Below are positions 1-11,790 of a stretch of DNA of 64,000 nt, piece by piece. Within the stretch, counting starts at the first letter, position 1. Each line of letters opens with the position of its first letter. A program made the position numbers and the translations under genes. The DNA comes from Amphiscolops sp. MND2022 (taxonomy: Eukaryota), in contig OZ076410.1 of assembly GCA_964187785.1 (NCBI GenBank), positions 23,746,001-23,810,000 on the forward strand, read 5' to 3'. The notes under the pieces are model-generated. The model searched no databases. It was not told the origin of the DNA and saw nothing but the letters and a program-made list of their open reading frames with translations.

Positions 1-1364
1 TGTAGTACTTCTAAGCGCCAACTACGGATCGCTGTTTGTATTTCGTTGGAAAAATTGGACAAATCAAATGAGCTGTCTGTTAATAAACGCTTAGCGAGGT
101 CATCAGAAATGGATAATGCAGTGAGTTTGAGCTTCAAACGCTGTTTCCGTTTGCGTTCAGTTGCATTCAAAGTTCGTTCAGTTGGTATGCAACTGGGACT
201 CGCATTCGGCAATGGAGCTGGTCGGTTATCCGATTCAGTATCGTTTCCATTGGTTGTAGTTTTGTCGAGAGAAAAAAAAGATGAAACGGAAATAAACAAG
301 CCTTCGTCTATTGGGTCATCAATATCCTGTTTTGGAACATCATTGGTGAGACATTTCGGACAAATAAAATTGGAGGCCAATGAATGGAGTTTCTTTCTGT
401 CAGCTTCGCTACAATTATTAACTTTTCTCACATGGCACCATTTGAGGCACTCTATACAGAAAATTGACGTTAACAAGAGAACAAACAGAGCACAATTCTT
501 GCTGTAGCTTCAACTTTTTCGATGGTAGGGGTTCCGCTTCCACCGAGGTAACAGTATCCACGGAATCATTGAAATAGGCATCCAACAAATGAACAGAGCG
601 TTCGATTGATTGGGAGTCGGGAATTAAACTTTCATAATGATTGCCGTTGTAGGCTAAAATAAGAGGATAACGACTGTTGCTAGAATTTCCAAACTGAGAG
701 CAACGAACGCCCATAACTACCTTGCCGCTGCGTGACACCTCAAAAAAAAGAATGTCATTACGGATTCAATGCGCTATAATCGGAACCAACAGGTCACCGA
801 AAATAGGAACGTCATAAGTTTTGGGTACCAGAAGGCGTTTCCAGCCATCTTCAATGAGTTCATTGCTGAAACCTTGTAAGCTGGGGTGCTCTCGTGAGAT
901 AATTTTAGCAGTATTAACCCATCTTTCACGGTAGAACTGTGGACAATTCACAAAAGTTTCCTTGAAAACATTGCGATTTAAGTTGTCTATGACAGCTTCG
1001 AAGAGACAATCACCATTCGCGCTGTTCGGTTTCCCCCACTGCACAGTAATTCCATATTGCAGCGCTTGTTGAATGCATTCCTGAACGAACTGCTGGAGTT
1101 GTAACTTTTTGACAAACAATAAGCTCTGGTTCATAACCTTCTAAAAACATAACTGTACAAGATTCGTCGATCAAATGCCTTTGTAAATTCTAGATCCCTT
1201 GATGGGTGTCCTTCGTAGGTAACTTCTCGCTCTGGAAATACTGAATTGGCACAGGGAAATAATTTCACAATAACCTTTATTGCGAACAAAAAACTATCGA
1301 GATGGTTCCGGAAGAAAATGAAAGAATGCAAATATTCTCGAAGAATCAATGAACTGAAAGACAA
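1..1364 (-). pseudogene. Disrupted OTU-like cysteine protease + PHD finger protein, open off the window start (probable N-terminus of a Helitron/Helentron Rep-helicase ORF)
   Basis: ORF 766-1134 has the OTU Cys box (SANGDCLFEA). ORF 418-738 is in the same frame after one TGA (766-768) and has the His box (PLILAYNGNHYESL). After a frameshift near 460 the minus strand reads CSVC...CIECLKWCH...C...FICPKC (PHD-like), then an open frame (TERKRKQRLKLK...) to base 1. The Rep and helicase domains themselves are not in the window. Confidence 0.7.
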
Positions 1365-1739
1365 AGCGAATTTTCGAATAGCTTAAGAAAATATCACATG
1401 TATTTTTAATGATATTAACGACAATTTCCACTTGAAAAAAAAAACCAGTAGAGCATTTTTCAATATGTTATCCTGAAATCGTTGTAGCTCGAGATCGGTG
1501 CCAATGGATTCCACCCATGTTATATTTGATCACAGCATCGAGAAGCATATGCTGTACTGTCGAAGGCACTTAAGGTCGGCGACTGATTCTCAATACCAAT
1601 AAAGTGGCCAGTATAATCTTATTCAATTTAGTGTTACGAAAGAGGAAAGGGAAATGGAGACCTGGTAAAACTAAGTGAGATCTAGAACTGAAAAATGATA
1701 CACTTATCGTAAGCGACATCATTGTTACAACTTGAAAGC

Positions 1740-4200
1740 AATATCAAAAACGTCAACAAACTTGACGAATAGTAAGAGCATACGGATTGCTTTACTAAGA
1801 ACGACAAATTCAAATACATATCAAAAAGTGTGCTAATCATTCATCACTGCAGTAGTTATTGCAATTTTTTTTAAAAAAAAACCAACAAGTAAAAAGAAAG
1901 CATCAACGTAATAATAAAGACCCAAGACCAGTACTACGGTCAATCAACACATTGAATGTTGGGTACCTTCATCGATGGAGTTGAGGCCGAGCATAGCTCA
2001 TGCCATTATTCAGAAACTGTGCCTATTTAAGTGCAAAACTCAAAATGGCGGCTCATAAAGTCAACTGCTTTATAATAATTCGCCTCGCATATAACATTGA
2101 GATCAAAGGTAGGCGAAGTGCACGTTTTTTTATTGGGGAGGTATTGATTTGCACTTCATGTTGAGTATTTTGGATTCAAAGGCACTGTTGCAACATTAGA
2201 CCTTTTCAATTTTTTCGATAACTTCTCCGTTCTTTGTAATCAGTAATTTTTTACGTTTTCAAAGAACGCACCAAAAGCCTCCTGAGTTATTTCTGGGATG
2301 GGAAAGTATCGTGCTTGAACTGTATGCACATTGCCTTGATCATCTGACAGCAGTAAAATCCACTGCGTTTTGAAAACCATGCTGGTCTTTCTGCAAACTT
2401 GCCAGGAAACGATGCTTTTCTGAAACGAAAAATGTATTTTATCCAAAGTAAGAAGGGGAATGTGACCACATTATAACGTTCAGTACCTCTTTCACTAGTT
2501 TAATAGCGCCAGGATCTATATTGGCAGTGCAGAAAACGCATTGTTTGAGTTCAGCTACTTTCCACGATGTGAGCACAATTTCAATGGGATTCCGTCTACA
2601 TTCACCACTCTCCGCATGGGTATTTGGGTATTCTTTGAAGAGTAATCGACAAAATTTGTTGACCTAAACATGAACTAAACAACTATTGAGCCATTTGTTG
2701 TAAGGAGAGTCAGGAGAAAAATAAATTGTCAACATTAAGTTGTCGTTCGTCGTTATACATTTTTATGTAGGCAGTAGCTGAGATAACTTCTCCTTCTTTG
2801 AAACTCTGCTCATCGCCCCACACTTTAAGTTTCAGGTTTTCACCGGTTAATGATTGAAGTTGAACCTCACTGAAGGCTGACTTTTTCACAGATGCTGTAA
2901 CGACTCCTTCAAGCTTGATGGTATTGTTTACTTCGATGTGATCGATTAACTCGAAGTCCATCTAGAACGCCGAACGATTTTTTTACTTCCTTAGTTATCA
3001 GTACAATGAAAGAAATCATTTATATTTGTCTATACACCGAAAATAATTTCAATAAGGGTTGTTAGTCATATGGCAAAAATTGAACGGTTCCGGAAATTCA
3101 GGAACCTATAGTCAAATAACTTTTGAGCAGTGAAAAAACCGTAGTGTGGTCGTCAAATTCCCGCCATGGAAAATTAACCTCTACCTCGAGTACTCCCGCT
3201 TTGTCCACTAAGGTGTAGTCTGTATATTGTCCCTTTTTCACTGATATCGAAACTGATTTTTTTCTTGAATAGAACTCATAGAAGAGTGACTGGTTACTAG
3301 TGAGCCACGATGTGACAGTTTGATAGTTGTCTGTTGTTTGGATGACGAATTCAAACAAACTATTGCCTTGAGAGGTCTTGAAAACCTCAGACACGTGATG
3401 AATATAACCAAGAATTCTTTCAAAATTTGTTTTGTTGGGGGAGGCAGGGCTGTTGAAAAAGTTTTCCCATCGAGGGGATTTGGAGGGAGAGCACATTGCT
3501 TACGCTGAAAATGAATGCTTCACATGCATAACGCAGAAAAAAGGCGAAAACATTGCGTCAATAATTCATAAATAGACAACAAACTTGATTATGATATCAA
3601 CCTTTGGAAAAATTGATACAACCACCTAAGAGCTATCTAGCAAATCATCAATCTTGAACCACGACTTTCATCTCAAGTGAAATGGTTCAAGAGAATCCCT
3701 TGACATTTGTTCACGGGAACAGAAAACATATCATGTATTGTCGTTGCCACTCATAGTCGGCGACTAAGTCTCCATACCAATAGAAAATATGTAGCCAATA
3801 TAATCCTAATAAATATGTTAGTGATATGAATTAGCAAAGAGGATTTAATAACTGGCAAACAAATGTAAAATCAAAAAGCTGAAGAATTGTTACATTTAAT
3901 GTAAACGGATATCTTTGCAACGATTTAAAAACAATATCAAGAATTTCATCAAACATTATCATCAGTAAGTGTACAAGGAATTGATTTACTAAGAACAACA
4001 AAGTCAAATGAAGATCAAAGAGTTTGCAAATCATTCATCACTGCAATAGCTATTGCAAAATGTAAGAAAAACAAAGAGGTAACAAAAAAGCATCAACGTA
4101 AGAATAAAGACCCAAGACCAGTACAACAGTCAATCAACGCATTAAGGTTAGATACCTTTAGTAAGGTTGTTGAAGCCGAGCATAGCTCATGCCATTATTC
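1740..4200. repeat. Diverged ~270-bp direct duplication (1740-2011 and 3933-4200)
   Basis: Identical cores AATAAAGACCCAAGACCAGTAC and GCCGAGCATAGCTCATGCCATTATTC occur in both copies. Each copy lies about 0.4 kb upstream (minus strand) of a gene. Confidence 0.9.
2240..3496 (-). pseudogene. RPA70-like multi-OB-fold ssDNA-binding protein, spliced and disrupted
   Basis: ORF 3098-3496 (ILGYIHHVSEVFKTSQGNSLFEFVIQT), ORF 2710-2961 (MDFELID...IKLEGVVT...LKLKVWGDE) and ORF 2240-2446 look like successive OB-fold beta-strand patterns. A CxxC (LKQCVFC) lies near 2520-2550. In-frame stops are present between segments. Family assignment is by pattern recognition only. Confidence 0.55.
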
Positions 4201-5013
4201 TTTGTTTCAGATTATGAAGTTTTGCTCAAAAATCGAAAACATAATTCACACAAGTTGTATAACGCATTTAGATTCGACTTTTCCTCGAAGTTTTCTTTTA
4301 GCTATGTGATCACAGACACCTGTTGCACACGAAATTGGTGTCATTCTTCTGGCTTAACAGGAATTTAAACTAAAAGGCAGATCTTGAAGATCAAAACATC
4401 GGAAAGTGACATGTTTCTCTATTAGGGATATCTTGGGGATTAGCAGGCCGGACATTTGATTTGACTTCATTCATTTTCGTGCCATTTTTCAGGACAATGT
4501 CAATCTAATAAAAACGAAAATTTAAAGAGTTTGCAATTGAGCGTAATTATGTACAGCTTTCTGTTCATATTTGAAAGCTCACACATTCATATAAAATCCT
4601 AGGGAATAAACAGTAACTTACGACCAAATTTCAATTGCTCTTATGTTCCAAACGAATTTTATGCGACATTGTGAACTGATAAGTACCAAAGGTTTTCATT
4701 TACTTGAAAAAAGACCTTTCCGGTGAAAAAGACATCAAATCAAAATATCCTATTATATCAAACAAAAACAAGCGTCAAAGCGCGAAAATTGGTTACATTC
4801 CCAATTGGTAACAGCATTATTAAAAAACAAAATTGAACATCTTAGATAATAAGTGCACGTATCATAATCATCAAAACAAAATCAAATCCGTAAAACTCAA
4901 AAGGGATTAGTAAATCCAGGACAGTGAATTCTACATTAAAAAACAAGTGCATGTCATAATCAAAACCATAAAATCAAATACGTGAATGTTTGAAAATATT
5001 CACACTGGTACTT

Positions 5014-5613
5014 TCAAAGACTTATGTATTTTCCGAAAAAACGTTTCTTGGAAGGTCGACTTTTTCCTGGAATTCTTCGCTTTCCAGGAGCCTTTGTCAG
5101 CTCCATGAGGCTGCAACAATTCTGAATGATGTCGAAACATTTCGTTTCCAATCGAAAATCAGGGTGTGGAAAAGAGTGGTCAAAAAATTTGTACTCCAAA
5201 GGCAGATGCCTCCTCATGTTGATGAAAATAATTCCTGGAGGGGACACATCAGCAAGGCAATCGGTTAAATCGATGACTAAATCGTGTCGTTTAAAAAAAA
5301 GAAACCCCACCACACCATAATTTATGCATTCTTCCAGATAACCATAAAGGCCTTCTTTGTTCAAAGCCGTACCTTCCTTGAAGTTCGACAAAGAGTTATT
5401 GATGGCATCATGCCATATAATGATGGGCTTATCATTCTTGAATTGGGCATTCTTCAATGAGTAAATAAGAGATTTCTCTGGACAATTTGGAACATTTCTG
5501 GTGAATGCCATACCAGGTTCAGACATTATTTGGTTCTCTTCATCATCGCTGAGACCAAGACGAACCTTAAGATTGTCCAGAGAGCTGGCACCAATTAAAT
5601 TGAATTGGAGCAT
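5014..5613 (-). CDS. SGNH/GDSL-hydrolase-like protein, 199 aa, with a splice-acceptor-like site just upstream
   Basis: Block-I-like IGASSL, block-III-like IIIWHDAINN, and a C-terminal His (FPHP) without a clear DxxH Asp. Basic C-terminal tail. TTTCAG acceptor lies immediately upstream on the minus strand. Confidence 0.5.
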   Translation of the reverse strand: MLQFNLIGASSLDNLKVRLGLSDDEENQIMSEPGMAFTRNVPNCPEKSLIYSLKNAQFKNDKPIIIWHDAINNSLSNFKEGTALNKEGLYGYLEECINYGVVGFLFFKRHDLVIDLTDCLADVSPPGIIFINMRRHLPLEYKFFDHSFPHPDFRLETKCFDIIQNCCSLMELTKAPGKRRIPGKSRPSKKRFFGKYISL

Positions 5614-5699
5614 GACGACCTGAAATACAGGAATAAAGTTTAAAGCAAGCTCAAAAATACTTATGGTTCAAGTATTTAAAAAGTTATTGGAAGCAGAAA

Positions 5700-6000
5700 A
5701 GTGACCGAAACCGTATTGTTGATTACGCCGAGAATACTCATGCAATCAACATACTTTACTTGGAAATACGAACGATTTTACAAAAATGTTGGCCGAGTAT
5801 TACTCATGCCTTTAGAATTTTTCTAATTGTCAGAAACAAAATATTAAAAGCCGTATTGTCGATTAAGCCGAGATTCACTCATGCCAAAAGGAAAAACGAA
5901 CGAACTGTTGAACAATCTGAGCCGAGTATTACTCATACCTTTAGAATTTTTTTCAAATTTCGAAACCAGAAAAGTATTAAAAACCGTCATGTCGATTAGA
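5700..6000. promoter_or_regulatory. Degenerate tandem array carrying four copies of the palindromic motif GCCGAG-N4/5-CTCAT(G/A)C
   Basis: Motif starts at 5727, 5792, 5867 and 5921; further copies at 1986, 4175 and 6675 (partial). A regulatory role is inferred. Confidence 0.5.
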
Positions 6001-8171
6001 GCAAGATTAATTTGTCATAAATAAAACCAAGGTATCAAAGGAATATGTAATACAAAGATATGTTTATTACCCACAAAATTTGTTGACAAGGTCGAGTTCC
6101 ACTCTTGCCACAAATAACTGAATTAACGAGAAATCTGTATAAATACAAGTGAAACTTTCTATTGCAATAAAAAAAGACCGACGTTTAAGGTGTGGAACAT
6201 TGTAGGGCTGAACCAAGTTTATGTCAACCTATATTCTCAATCGGTTCTTCGTCTTCTGTCCCTTCTTCTGCGTCGAACCTATAAAAAAATCTGAGACACA
6301 TGGAAAGTTTGAACAAAATGGTCCACTTTCACTCCACTTGTTTATCCTATATCCTAAGCGCAGTCTTTTTTTCACCTTCATGATTTGGAAGACCACAATC
6401 AAAGTTTCAGGATTAAAAAGTAAGAATTAAAAATTTTAGGGAAGACCGCATGCTGCTGACCCTCTCTCTTAACAATCAATCCACAAAAAAACAGGAATTT
6501 GAATAACCGATTTAACATTTGAATAAGAGATAATCTAATAACAGTCGATCCAAATGCTAATTTTGGACGTAATGTGCTCATAAACCGGTTTTCTCGTTTC
6601 ACTATTCCTCACAGAATAGTAGGCCCGAACCTTTAACGACCTGTGGGTGGTTTTCTCGTTTTACTGATTGCGATCCGAGTATTACTCGAAAAGAATCAGA
6701 AGGCCCGCACCACGAACGACCTTTAATGTATGAAGTTTAATTGTTTGAGAAAAAACCCAAATTTGCGTAGAAAGAGGTTCCACAGAGCATTTATCTCGTC
6801 TATTCGAGTACTTTCCGCATGCATCTAATTGCTTCGAGCTTTTTGCCTACAGTCTTAGGACTATATGGTTTGAGCGGAAATGATATGAGATCCCATTGAA
6901 CCGATAACTAGTAAAAATCGGCTCATAAACTATTTCTGGAAGAATTTTCAATCGCAATTTTTTCGACGGCAAATTCGCGTATCAATGAATTCTTTTATCC
7001 AGGCTAATATCACAGTCCTGAATGACGGTCAGTTCCTACACTGCCGCGGTTCGAAGTGGTTTGATTTCGGGAAAGGAGCAAAGTCTGCAAAAAAAAATTT
7101 GCGGTTTTCGTATTTCGTTATAAATACGCACCGGCCAAAAATTTCTGGAAAAATTGCTAAAGAACAAACTATTGCTGTTTTTCGAATCGTCTTGAAGCAA
7201 TACCTTGTGAGAAAACGGCCAAAAAATCAAAAATGAACAGAACTTTTAACAGAAAAAAGGTTGGAAAAAATTGAGAAAAAACGTAAAATTTCAGAATTTC
7301 AATCGCCATTTTCTCAACCACCAAAACATGTAGCACATTGAAACTTTAAACATGTGAAAGAAGTCGGATAGGACGTATTTTATGCCGGGTCGACGTTGTT
7401 TGTAATGTAGAAATGAGCAAATTTAGTGAAAGCTCCAAAATTTTCGAAAAAAAATATGTTCCAAAAAAATTTTCGATATTGAATTGCTATTTTCTCACTG
7501 CCCGAAAATCCAACAACATTTAAATCTTCACCAACAAATTGAGTTCCAACAATTTGTTGAGTTTTTGGATGGTCTCGAAGTATTAGGCTCCGAGAAAATA
7601 GGCCAAAACTTTTACAAAATTGAATAAAATGAGCAATTTATCAAAAATTCAAAAAATTTGAAAACTTTTTTGTCTCTATCTGTCCGACGTAAACGTTGTG
7701 ACTTTCCAATTTCTAACTTTGGGCAGCTAAGCAGACCTGTTATCGAGTAGAAACACCACTGCTTGGATTAGAACTGATTGCTACTTGAATATAGGTTGAG
7801 AAATTTTTTACGAAAAAAAACTCATTTTCGCAAAGCCCAATAATTCTAGGATAAAAAAACTTTCACCAAATTAAAGAAAACATCGTTTTACGTCGGTTAG
7901 TACCTACATCGGGCCAATTCGCTGTGGTTTGCGAAAAGAAAAATAGCAAAATCGACAAAAACCCTAAAAATTTTCGAAAATTTCGCGCTTTCGAAGCTAA
8001 TAAAATCGCGCCGGTGGAAAATTTTCGGAAAATTTTTACACGGTTAGAAAGAGCATCAAGTTGCGTTTCTTTTTGGAAAGTTTGGATGGTCGCGGAGAAA
8101 TAGGCTCTGAGAAAATAGCCTTCAATTAATACAAATGCAGAGGGTATGTCACGCGAAAAAAAACCAAAACA

Positions 8172-8276
8172 CTAGTAAACGCGGAACAATAGAGACTTCG
8201 TCGCTTCGCTTCGCTCGCTCGAAGCCTCAAAAAAAACGTCACCATATGGGCATCTCGCTCCGCTCGTGCCCCAAAA
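8172..8276 (-). mobile_element. Helitron-type 3' terminus with two GC-rich hairpins
   Basis: The minus strand ends ...TTTACTAG|T, about 17 nt downstream of hairpin GAGACTTCG...CGAAGCCTC (8192-8228). A second hairpin GGGCA...TGCCC lies at 8248-8271. Confidence 0.55.
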
Positions 8277-11200
8277 ACATTGATTGTAAGGACTAAATAA
8301 AAATATAATTGATTGATATAACTATATGAATAAATATATTAGTAAATATAGAAATATATACCAAACAAATGAAAAATGAAGGAACAAATGGATAAATAAA
8401 CAAGATGCCCACTGACCAGCAGGATATTTTCCGTCCAAAATGTTCTAGCAATGACATATTTTTGAGACTCAAGAGTAGCCATTGCACCATGAAAATGCAA
8501 AGAGGTTTGATGAAAAAACTTTGACACTTTTTGAACTTCAGAAGGAAATGCTTCAAGAGCACACCATACACATATTTGTTTTTTGTCGGCTTGTATGTAT
8601 AACAAAACCTAACAAATCGTTTTTTTTATTTGCGCGAAGTCGCCAAAATTGTCAAAGTTGGAAAATTTTGCTTTTTCTACAGCTTTTCGGTCATTTGAGG
8701 AACTTTTTTTAAAAAACTGAAGATGTTTTTTTAAAACGCCTAATCGATGACGGGTCCAGTCGTTCTTGAAAAACATAGTGCTCAAAACGTTAACAGAAAC
8801 GTATATTAAAAAGCAAAAAAATGGTGTTTTCACTAATTTCAAGTCGTTTTGACGAACTTCTTACATACACAAATGTAAATTTCTTTTTTGAACATTCTTC
8901 ATGCCTACCTAAAAATTAAAAATTTAGATTTTCAAAAATTAACGAAATTTTGGTAACTTTTATTTAAAATTCACTAAATTGTCAAACAACTGCCAAGTTT
9001 TCTTTCGACTATTTTGGGGTCATTTCGAGACCCTTTTTCAACGTGAAAATACATTTGACCTTCAAAAAGCTTACTGACCAACGCGTTTTCTCGCTGTTGA
9101 ACGTTTTCCTTCTTCTAGCGATGGAAAACTCTCAAAAAGTTCAGAACTTTCCATCAGAAACTTTCAATTTGGATTTTTTTCATTTTCGACTTATCAGTGT
9201 CATTTTTGAAGTGATTTTGAAGATAAAAAGTATACTTCAAATAGTATACCCTTTAAATTAGTAAACTGCATTGCTTGTTTTTTCTTTTGTGAGTGTTTTG
9301 ATTTTGCTTAGTCACAAAAATTTTTAAAAACTGTGCACAAACTGCAGCAAAAACGACAGAAATTTCTGATGTGAAACACTAATTTTCTCATCAAGACAGA
9401 ACACTACATACATGATTCAATCGCCTTTGATTGTTTTGAACCTTCTAACTCACAAAAATTCTCAAAATTTGTTCTCAAATAACATGAAGTTACATGAACT
9501 GTAACTTTATGGACTTTCCAACAGTTTTTGTGTCAAATAAAAACACATTTTGTAATCAGAAACTGGCACTTAATCCATCAATAGTCTACTGGACAACGCC
9601 TTTAGTTGTTGTTGAACGGTTTAGAGTGGTAATCTATGATAACCTTGAAATTTTTACCAAAATGGCGTTGGAAGTTACAAAAATATAATAAAAGGTAAGA
9701 TTTTTTGGCTGTTTGGAGGCATTGTTTTTGAGGCATCTACAAAACAGTTTTTATCTCCCCCAAAAAAGCCATTGGACAACGAATTCATTCGTTGTTGAAC
9801 GTATTCAACGTTCTGATTCATTCTTGTAAAGTTGACACAAAATTGCATGAAAACGTGAGAAAATGGTACATTTTGGAGTTTTTGTCGTTTTTGATCGCAA
9901 TTTGAGCGTTTTTTTTCATTGAAAACTTAGTTTACTTCTTAACAGAAGCCTTCCGGACAACGAATCAAAATCTGAAAAGATTGCCTGTTTTTACTATTTT
10001 TAGGGTCATTTTGGGTCATTCTGGTGTCTTCGGGGTCAACAAAACAGTCCAAATATCTCCGTAAATACTTACCGAATGATACTTAATCTACGTCCGTTGA
10101 ATTTTATAAGTGAAGCCCTCACGCTTGGATATAAATTTGGTGCTTGGCAAACCGTTTGATTTATTTATTTTTCTTTTCGATGTGAAATATGGACCGAAAA
10201 TACAAATAAAGAACTGAAAAAGTTTTTTAAATATCTATGCAAATGAAGACATTAATATCTAGACATTATTGAACATGAAAAATGGAAAAATATCTTGAAA
10301 AAACAAGACGCGAAAGACACAAGTTTGCGCGCCGCTCAAGGTTCAAGAAGAGCAAAGTATTTTGAATATGCGGAGGAACTCAACGCTGAAAAGATTTCGA
10401 AGCCTCAAAGCATTGTTTTCTCAGCAAAATTTCATGGTGCCAAAAATACCAGAAGGAGACAACTCTAAACTTGCAAAATACTATTTCCCAGTCATAATTT
10501 TTTCAAGAGAGAATAGGGAACCGTCAGATCAATTGATTGTTTCCACAGGTATTGAGAAAACTCACACAAGTCCCACATGATCAAAACATATTAAAAGAGG
10601 ACATCCTAAAACTCAAAAAACGGCTGACAGAAAACTACAAAAACCTAAAAATGTCCGAAAAACAATTCCAAAATCTTTTTGCAGAGTTTTTTGTTTCAAA
10701 AAGTTTTGATTTTTTGCTCCATCTTTCCCATCAGCCAAAAAACTTTAAAGTGGCCCTCCAAACAATTTTTTATATCAAAAACTAAGGGTACACTTCGGTT
10801 TTAAAACGTTGTGGAAAAGTCGCAAAGCGCCGACAAAAAACCCAAAACAGGGACCCTTTGATTTTCTCTATAATTTTGCAAGCACGAAAACTTTTTGGTT
10901 TTGTGCGAGCCCACGTACTCCTCCTGTTTCTCACACCTTATCTTTAGAAATCCAATTTGAAATTTAAAATCTGTATTTATCTTTGCCATTTATTTTTGTC
11001 AAAATAAGTTTGTCATTTTGCGTCGCTTAAAAAAGACATTGTTAGAGTCGGCTTTTGTTTTTATTTCATAAGTCCCGACTAAAAACAATATATAAGTGTA
11101 AAAAACAATTAACTGAATTTTTTAAAATTAATTTAATGAATGAATGGATATATAAACACTTGAAGGAGTAATTAAAACATCAATTGTCGAATTGTTGTAT

Positions 11201-11344
11201 TGAAGGGTTCTAACAAACGTTAAGACGTTTAGATGATGAGATAAAACAGTGAATTCGTCTTATCTTGCGATGAAATTGTTTAAGTAGCGGTTCCAATATA
11301 TTGCATTTTGTTATCTAGTACGAAATGGAAAGCACTACTTTTCA

Positions 11345-11790
11345 AGGACTGAAATTCTAATTTTATAAAGTACAACTTGTGTTGTTTTAGTTGTAATTGT
11401 TACCTTTGATGTTTTCCATTCCAGTTGAGTGATGGTCAACCGTTCTGTTGCTTCAAAATTAGAACTTGTTGCCTGGAGTTTCACCAGTTTATAATTTGCT
11501 CAATATTGTCTGAAATGCTGTTCATGTGTGCTAAATGATCCTGTAAAATTCTGAAGTGCTGACTTCCTATAATTATTCCATTTTTCTCATCGAATTGCTA
11601 TGAGTTCCCATTTTTGTTTCGAAACAATACTCATTTCTTTTCCCGCATCAAAAGCTAGGTTCATGAACTTCTGTACCAACATCGGCTTCGACGTCTGAAT
11701 TGGCGGGGAAAGAAGGGACGCGGAATTGGGACTTTGATACCCACTTTTTGAATTGATACTGAAAGCCGAATCCCGAGGAAGCCAACCGAA
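11345..11790 (-). pseudogene. Unidentified coding remnant with two in-frame TGA stops
   Basis: About 140 codons of protein-like sequence (PMLVQKFMNLAFDAGKEMSIVSKQKWELIAIR*EKWNNY...), with no recognisable domain. Confidence 0.3.

Noticed and set aside
46-507. 153-aa plus-strand ORF
   Set aside because: Antisense shadow of the OTU-PHD frame; no motifs of its own.
738-768. In-frame TGA as selenocysteine or an alternative genetic code
   Set aside because: The same ORF also has frameshifts and the neighbouring host gene uses the standard code; simple decay is sufficient.
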